A stretch of 64,000 bases of DNA from Antedon mediterranea (Eukaryota > Animalia > Echinodermata): positions 22,368,795 through 22,432,794 of the forward strand of contig NC_092670.1 of assembly GCF_964355755.1 (NCBI RefSeq). The letters are read 5' to 3'. Positions 57,101-64,000 of this stretch are shown in pieces. A program made the position numbers and the translations under genes. The notes beneath the pieces are model-generated. The model did not search any database, was not told the origin of the DNA, and saw nothing but the letters and a program-made list of their open reading frames with translations. Position 1 is the stretch's first letter. Each line of letters begins with the position of its first letter.

Positions 57101-60020
57101 AACATCTAAAACTCATTCAGGCTAATTATGTTTTTTCCAACGATTCCACGTATTGTATTTTAGAGATGTTCCCATTAATTAATCAAAATCTTAAAAACGA
57201 TCTAAAGTTTATTTAAATGCCTTTTTGATCTAAATTAGTACATCTCTGCAAAAATTTACTTTCATCGCTAACCAGTCGTAACAATAATATGTGACGAAAG
57301 TAGAAAATAGGTGGTGCTGTTGTATTTCAAAAGCAATAGTACAAAAAAATATTTTCCAAACAGATTTTTTTTCTCACACGAAAAATAGAGATAAAAGTAC
57401 TAATAAACGATCGTTTAATAGTGCGTACTATTGCACGCCATGTGACCCACAATCGTCAAATTAAATGACAGGAATTATTTAGGTGTTATATAATAATATA
57501 AGTTACCCTGGTTTTTTGACGAGAAGCTGTTAATTCTTCCTTGCAATTTTCAAGGGCCCTTCTTAGACTAGAAGCTTCAGCACCACGCCTGTAAAAAATA
57601 ACAAAATAAAATAATTATTATTACACAGACCTAATTAAAAACCAATAACTGCAGTAAATATTAATTACAGTTCTCAGAAACCAATCTGTAGTCAAGACAT
57701 TATTTATCATCAGTAATTTTTACTAGATGCAAGAATTACTAAGAACCACAGCCTAAAATAAAATGTATTTTTTTTAAATTTACCTAATCTGATGTTGTAG
57801 TTGACTCTTAACACCTTCCAAATCTGTTTGCAGTAGCGTTACCTCAGAATTTTTCCTGTAAAGTACAGAAAAATAAATTATTTTAAAATACAAGAAAATG
57901 TTATTTGAATACCAGGGCCATAGCCACAAGTACTGTTGTTAAGGTTTCAACCTGTGGCTGTTGCATGAACAGAATTTCTCCCTTTTCTTGTGAAAACCAG
58001 ACCACTTTATTTCTCGTGGCTACATATTTAAATATAGTAGGTTTATTTGTTTACTTTTTAGAATCAATGATACATAATCAAGGAACAAATACATTTAATA
58101 ACAGAAAATTTAAAACACTTTCTTACTTTGTCAGTTTTTGAAACAGCTCTGAAATTTGTGTACTAGATTCCAATTTCAACTAAAAAAAAGAGATTGTTTG
58201 TCAGTGATGTTTTACTGAGGAGAACATTGAATTATCGATTTTTTTTCCATATTTATTTGAATAAACGCCCAGGCCATTTTTTTGTTCAGGAGGGAGTTTA
58301 TTCGAGGGAGGCGTTTATTTTTGTTGGTGTAATATGGTAAAATGTATAATCAAAAAAATACCCTTTATATATGGAAAAGGACAACACAATTAATATATCA
58401 AGAAATGATAAAATACAGTAAAAATTGTAACAAAATGGTTGATCAATTGTAGATCATGGAAGCCAATCAATTCTACTACAAATAGAAATGTGTTGTTACA
58501 ATATACTATTTTGTATATATGCATGTGGATGGTGTTTATTCGAGAAGGGGGGGGGGGGGAGGAGGTGGTTAATTTCAAATGATATTCTATGAGGGGGGTT
58601 TCTTCGAGGGGGGAATTTATTCAAATAGGGACATTTAAATATGGTAACTAAACTTCTTAACAAAAGGCGATTAATTTTAAATCTTACATCTTGATGCGCC
58701 GTCATGATATCAAGTTTTTGTTTTCTTAAATCAGTAATGAGTTGTTCATATTGACCCCTCATACTTTCCTTCGCCGTTTTTAATTCATTCACTTCTTTAT
58801 ATTTCTTGTCTTCTTGTTTTGACAAATATTCTAACTTCTGCGTCAAACTGGTCACCTTTTCTAAATATTTCTAAGAAAATAAATGATTATAAATCTCATT
58901 TCAGTGTACAGTAAAATAATCTAACATCAAATCATTATTATATTATGTACTGTGCATATACAGCTCAGATGGTATAGGTCAGTTTACTTACCCAAACTAC
59001 AGTTAAAAACACTACCCAGAATTATTTTTAACTGGCTCAATAGTTTAGATCAAGACACAACTTTGCGCTGATTACTAGCTCCATTTCATGGAAGTATGTT
59101 TCCATACATATTTGATCCAAAAAATGACCAGGGTAATAATGTGCAGCGCATTGAGAGCTTGCTTATATGCGCTATATAAGAATGAACTATTATTATTAAT
59201 TAAAATAATTAATAGCTGGCTATCAATAATTTTAACATAAACATTGTTTTAAAGATTAATTAAATGACTTTTGTTAAATGGCCAAAATGAGGTTTTACAG
59301 GCTTATAACAACATTTACTGACTATTGACATTAAGAGTGGTCACTGGGCTTGTAACAAATACAGTGGTGTCCTTACTTCTTTTTCAATTGTTTCTTTTGC
59401 TAAGCTGTTTTCAAGTTCCAAGCAGATACGTTTGTGATTTGTTTTTTCCACCTGCATGTCATTTTTCAATTTAGTTAGTTTTATTTCTTCTTCCTTTTCA
59501 GGATGTTCCATACGGTGTTTCTCTGTTGAAATAAAAATAATAAAAGTAATTTTGTCATTTTAATCCATATTATATGGATATTCTCAATTTAAATACAGAC
59601 AATTTTCGTATTCGAATGGGAACTTTCGTTGTCAATATAAAGATTCGTAAAGTACTTTTTATATTCAAATGGTAAATTTGTGCTCAACAGAAAGTCATTT
59701 GAATAGAAAACGTTGACAATGCAAACTTTTTCGTTAAGAACAATTTCAATGCTCAAAATACTCTAATTGTACTCAACGGCAAAATTTGCATGATAAATTT
59801 ATGTCAGAATGTAAATAATAGTATCGTGGCTACAGCAAAATCGACATTCATTTTTGTCTCCTCTTTAGTTTTATTTTTTCTTCTTTATTTTTCTGACCAT
59901 AAAAAATTAATAATTTTAATTTTTCAAGATCAGATTTTACTTACTAATGTCTTTAGCAATGTAAGCCTCAAATTCGTCCATCATACGAATCACTACTGTA
60001 CTGTCTTCAGGGACTGCCAT
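51174..60020 (-). CDS. MAD1L1: Mitotic spindle assembly checkpoint protein MAD1, about 701 aa
   Basis: Exons 60020-59945, 59522-59377, 58870-58688, 58179-58127, 57855-57784, 57588-57507, 56750-56620, 56219-56105, 55192-55131, 54433-54347, 54044-53900, 53794-53654, 53332-53072, 52713-52512, 52061-51871, 51332-51174. Coiled coil, Mad2-binding GDYDPTKSKIIHLKFNP, RLK motif (RNKRLKEVF), EFREACYRLTGYQID, SIPAFLSNITLDLFSKQT. Confidence 0.95.
51624..51765. mobile_element. Family A Harbinger-like MITE
   Basis: TIR AGCCCTGTCTACACTATCAAAC/GTTTGATAGTGTAGACAGAGCT. Confidence 0.75.
52210..52470 (-). mobile_element. Deu/Nin-domain SINE, near full length
   Basis: Reverse complement of the 11375/12606 family, including head, core and tail. 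Confidence 0.75.
54508..55090 (+). mobile_element. 5'-truncated Rex1/Babar-type LINE in a MAD1L1 intron
   Basis: Open C-terminal RT-associated region KAQRRIYFLRRLKSF...FYRSVIESVITY...HPASSMFQLMRSGRRFRS...NSFFPGSIRALN; (GACTT)n tail at about 55066-55090. Confidence 0.85.
55344..55426. repeat. 13-bp minisatellite (TAGTGATTGACCT) x6
   Basis: Six exact units plus a partial unit. Confidence 0.95.
55513..56059. mobile_element. Non-autonomous TTAA-targeting DNA transposon, Kolobok-like
   Basis: TTAA TSD on both sides; 16-bp perfect TIR AGATGTATTGTCCCTT; purine-purine termini argue against piggyBac (CCY). Confidence 0.75.
56925..57492. mobile_element. Unclassified foldback element
   Basis: Arms of about 75 bp around loop AAGGCGACAGCCGA (56925-57095) plus a second IR TATATAACATCTAAA (57096)/TTTAGGTGTTATATA (57478). 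Confidence 0.6.
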
Positions 60021-61068
60021 CTTTAAAATAAATAACAATAACATACAATTTAACAAATAATAACAGATGAGGATTAATAGGATACAGTTGCAGATCAAAA
60101 GCACACCTTTATTCTGCTGTCAACCACCAGCATAGGCAACTACGTCCCAACTTGGACAATTTTAGAGGCCGCTATTATATTTTGACAAATACTTTAAAAA
60201 TAAAGGGTGCTATTTAGTATTAGAAATCTAAATCTCTGTCTTTTATTTTAGTTAGTAGAAATTAAAAAAAAAAATCAAACACATTTTTTTGGTTTATATC
60301 AGGAGGAAATTAATAAACAAATTAAAAAATTAAACACAGTGACATAAATTATATATAAATGAAATTCTATTTAATTGAAAAAAAAGAATGTGGCTAAACA
60401 TCTAGTGGGTCGAAACGACTCTATAGACAAACAACAACCACTGTCAGCCACACAGACAGGTTAACATTTAGATGCCGGTCTTTCGCGAGGCTTAACTATA
60501 GGCCTAGCAACTAATATTATCAAAATTTAGTATGGTTAAGTCAATTAAATTAACGTGTAATACCTTAAAATCAATTAATGATTGTTATCTACAAAATCAG
60601 CTGAACAAATATCATTAATTAACTATAGTTTTCGTTTTCACAACCACGAATTCTTAGGAAATTCTTATCGTTGGATAACTCGCGCGCTCTCCTAGCCTTT
60701 TTTTATCCAGCCTGTGGGGGTTGCCAGAAAATCCAATTTGGGATTTCGCTTAGCGAATGTTTTTTGTACCCAATTGATAGAAGACGACGTCTGGACTTTG
60801 GTCTATATTTTTCTAAACAACAACACGGAGACGTGGCCCTTTTGACCTTTCTTATTTTGTGGCTGAAGGAATTGTTTTGTAGCTCCTCGGCTTCCAGGAG
60901 CTTTTAAAGATTAAGTTATCAACCAGTAATAATATGAGTAGGCATAGACAACCATGAGTGCCTAGAGGTTTAATGGTAAATGATACTCGAAACCACTTCT
61001 CATGGAACCCGCAGATATTCTATCGTCCCAATAAATAAAAGTACGAACGTTCGTTTTGGCTAGCCAGT
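60021..61068. promoter_or_regulatory. Probable bidirectional promoter and 5' UTR region of MAD1L1 and CANT1
   Basis: Divergent ATGs about 1.05 kb apart; MAD1L1 ATG follows an acceptor AG with a candidate minus-strand donor at 60563; local CpG enrichment at 60470-60900. Confidence 0.55.
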
Positions 61069-61642
61069 ATGAACGGTGACTGGAGCAGTGTGCGATCTCC
61101 GTCGGTCCGCTACCCGAATCAGAGATTTCGTGTCCGTCCTAGGCTTGTGGCAGTCATTGCAATGGTAATGTTTTTTATACTTATTTTATTGCTGATGCCT
61201 GAATCAAAATCAAGAACTGGTGGTTCATTTGATATGAGAAACAGACTTATTTTTGCACCATCGACAATGTACAATGGTAGTTATCCAGGTTCTATACCGG
61301 TAAAAACTGTTGGAGGAAAAAAGTATAAAATTGGTTTAGTTGCAGATTTAGACACAGACTCAAAAGACAAGGAAAATCCAAAAATATGGAATAGTTATTT
61401 AAAAACTGGCTATTTAACGCTAAATGGACATCACGATGGTTTAACAATAGAATGGGAAGATAATCGACTTTTAACGTCACAGTTTTCTCAAGGAGGACGA
61501 GGAATGGAGCTCTCCGAATTAATTATATTTAATGGTAAAACGTATACGGTTGACGATAGGACGGGTGTTGTGTATGAAATAATCGATAATCGTGTAGTTA
61601 CGTGGGTGATTTTACCTGACGGTGATGGAACAGCGTCAAAAG
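61069..61642 (+). CDS. CANT1: Calcium-activated nucleotidase 1 (apyrase), first coding exon; gene continues beyond the window
   Basis: Type II signal anchor, then YNGSYP, IGLVADLDTDS, SYLKTGYL, GRGMELSELIIFNGKTYTVDDRTGVVY, WVILPDGDG; donor AAG|GTGAGG at 61643. Confidence 0.95.
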
Positions 61643-64000
61643 GTGAGGATTAAATTGTATTAATATAATAATGAAAAATAACTGATTTATATTGTTCAGT
61701 TTTTTAATTTATGTTTAATTATGTCTCACGTTTATTGTTCGTTTAATTATGTGTACTATTATTTTACTACTTTATGTTTTTAAATTTCATTACATAAATT
61801 TTTAAATAAATATTTTGTTTGTTTAATAATAATACAATATGTTTCTATTTATATCAAACAAATACATTACTTTGTTGTTGTGTTTGCTATAGTGTTTTTG
61901 AATTTATAATTGTTATTATTTTTAGGTTGCATATTTTTTACTACCACTACCAGCACAACCAACTAACTGTGCAAAATATCAATTTTCTCTGAATCACACG
62001 TTGGCCATATGTGTGACAACTACAACAACTATTCCATGTTGTTTTAATATTAAAATAAAAGCATATTAAATACGTCTGGCATTGACTGTCATATTCTCAT
62101 GTACATTGTTTTAATCATCATTGTATTGCATTGAATATGTGACAAGCAAAGATCAATTGATTTCCTATCCTGCATTGATTGCTATGGTGTTGATTGTAAG
62201 CATACAGTACCTTCACACTCACTGCCATATTCTCACGTCTATTGTTCTTTTAATCACCATTGTATTTTATTGAATGTTTGACAAGCTAACATTGATTTAT
62301 TGTGCATCTTGCTTTTATTTTGGTTCAGATCTTTTGATCTCAATGGTATTACAGTACTATTAAACCAATATAAAAACTGTGAGAAACAAATTGACAAACA
62401 CATTGGCAACAATTAGAACTCCCATCTACTGTAGTAAAGTCTAGTCTAAAGTTTAAACTTCTTGTTAGGCAAAATTTTTTTTAAATTGTTAATTGTAAGT
62501 CCAGGATTTGAAATTTGTATCTGATGAAGAGTTTACTAATGTGATACTAGAGACATGAGAACAATTTTTCTATAAGTCCTGTCACCGTTTGTATACCTTA
62601 GATTGCTTGATAATCATGACATTTCCATTGCGATTCTTTAAAATTGAATGTAGTGAATACAACTATTAAAAAAATTCAATAGCTACATGTCAAATAAATT
62701 CATGTGGTTCCACCGTTTCATTGTTATTGAGAAGGGATAGACATGAAACGGATTTTTTAAAATTTTAACCCCATCATCTAAGACTAAGAGAAGTATACTC
62801 TAGGTAATAAACTATATTTTAAAATCCTACCTAATTCCACTAGACTTAGTTTGTTGTTTTTATTTGATTCAAATATACACCCCCATGGCGTTAGACCGTT
62901 TTAGCGTACAATGTTACTAGCAAGGTCACATTACAAACCGCAGAGAAAAAAATGAGGTGTTCAGACCCATAGCGTATGATTATCGTTACAGCGGAAGTGC
63001 GTCATTCAGGTTGTTTCTAGTTGCATATTCTTGTGCTCTTACCCACATGTTTCATCATTATTTCCACTGTATATTTGCCTAGATCTTAGCCCTACAAAAT
63101 TATGACATTTGCTGTAAATAAAAATACCGCAGCATTCATTTTTTTTAAATATAAATAGTAAGCCAAATTTCTGTTTCTATTGTTTTTATTTTGTAGTAAA
63201 AAACATTTCCATCAGGCTCTTGTGTTGTTAACAAAAATAAAGCAGGCCTCTTGATGGAGATTGTTTTGTGTATTAAAAGCACGTCCATGGAGGAAAATTA
63301 TGTCTGTTGAAAATAACCCGAACTTGCTAGAAAAAGATACAGCTCCCCTTGCTTACTGAATTTGTTAGGGGGGTGTCACAAAACCAAAGCCCACGAAAGC
63401 TAAGACTCCCTAAGACCTACGATCACAAAGCTAAGACTCAAGACCTAAGATTACAAATATTTACCTTTCGCACCTGCCTTGTATTTTAACTCCAACCTTT
63501 ATTCTGATACCACACATTAGAATTAGCACTTTTATGAAAAAGAATCACATAAAAAGTAATTGATGATTTTACCGACGTTTTTCTCGCACAAATACTGTTT
63601 GCGAATTTCCCATGACTAGGCCTAGGGCCTATATAGAGGGCTGAAAAGTCTGTGGATTCCATTTTTTTTAATGCATTTTTCAGTGAAAATCACGTTACTT
63701 GTTCATTTAATCATAATTTTAACATAGTAGGCCTAGGTTTAATTTATTAATGCTTGTTACCCTAAATATTATTAGATTGTACCCACAACAGAATACATTT
63801 TAAAAGGTGATTGAGAGAGCTATTCCCGTTACCTGTATCGTACAAAGTTTTTTCTTTCTGTTTTTATACTTGTACGATTATTGTTGCTCTTTTGGCGCTC
63901 CATAGAAACAAAAACATTTATCAAGTGTTTATTTATAGTGATAACAACGAAATAACAGTCATAAAACAACGAAAATTTCAATTGTGTACATTGTCATAAT

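Noticed and set aside
61643-64000. Further CANT1 exons or another gene
   Set aside because: No frame with the expected FKAEW continuation; AT-rich intron with small repeats (62080-62290, 63368-63455).

Overview
AT-rich, intron-rich animal genomic DNA. An invertebrate deuterostome such as an echinoderm is my inference from the gene structures and Deu/Nin-type SINEs. I reconstructed five protein-coding genes by hand with phase-consistent GT-AG exons: the 3' part of ABAT (+, to 8891), TELO2 (-, 20624-11001), ABCC1/MRP1 (+, 25077-45384), MAD1L1 (-, 60020-51174) and the first coding exon of CANT1 (+, from 61069). ABCC1 has three tandem, frame-incompatible copies of one TMD2 exon (a mutually exclusive exon cluster) and possibly a decayed fourth. 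Between the TELO2 and ABCC1 starts lies a decayed, internally inverted Gypsy element. Its integrase ends in a PHD finger, visible once a nested 131-bp solo LTR is removed, and an extra ORF carries TatD-nuclease-like motifs. Also present: a full-length RTE LINE with a 12-bp TSD, a Rex1/Babar fragment, a composite Helitron, a 72-nt tRNA-like gene with anticodon ATC in a (TA)n-flanked insert, Penelope-like fragments with a split hammerhead core, several SINE and MITE families, and an excess of TACAGTA/TACTGTA motifs, two of which behave as Tc1/mariner excision footprints. All calls are by eye; no database searches were run.
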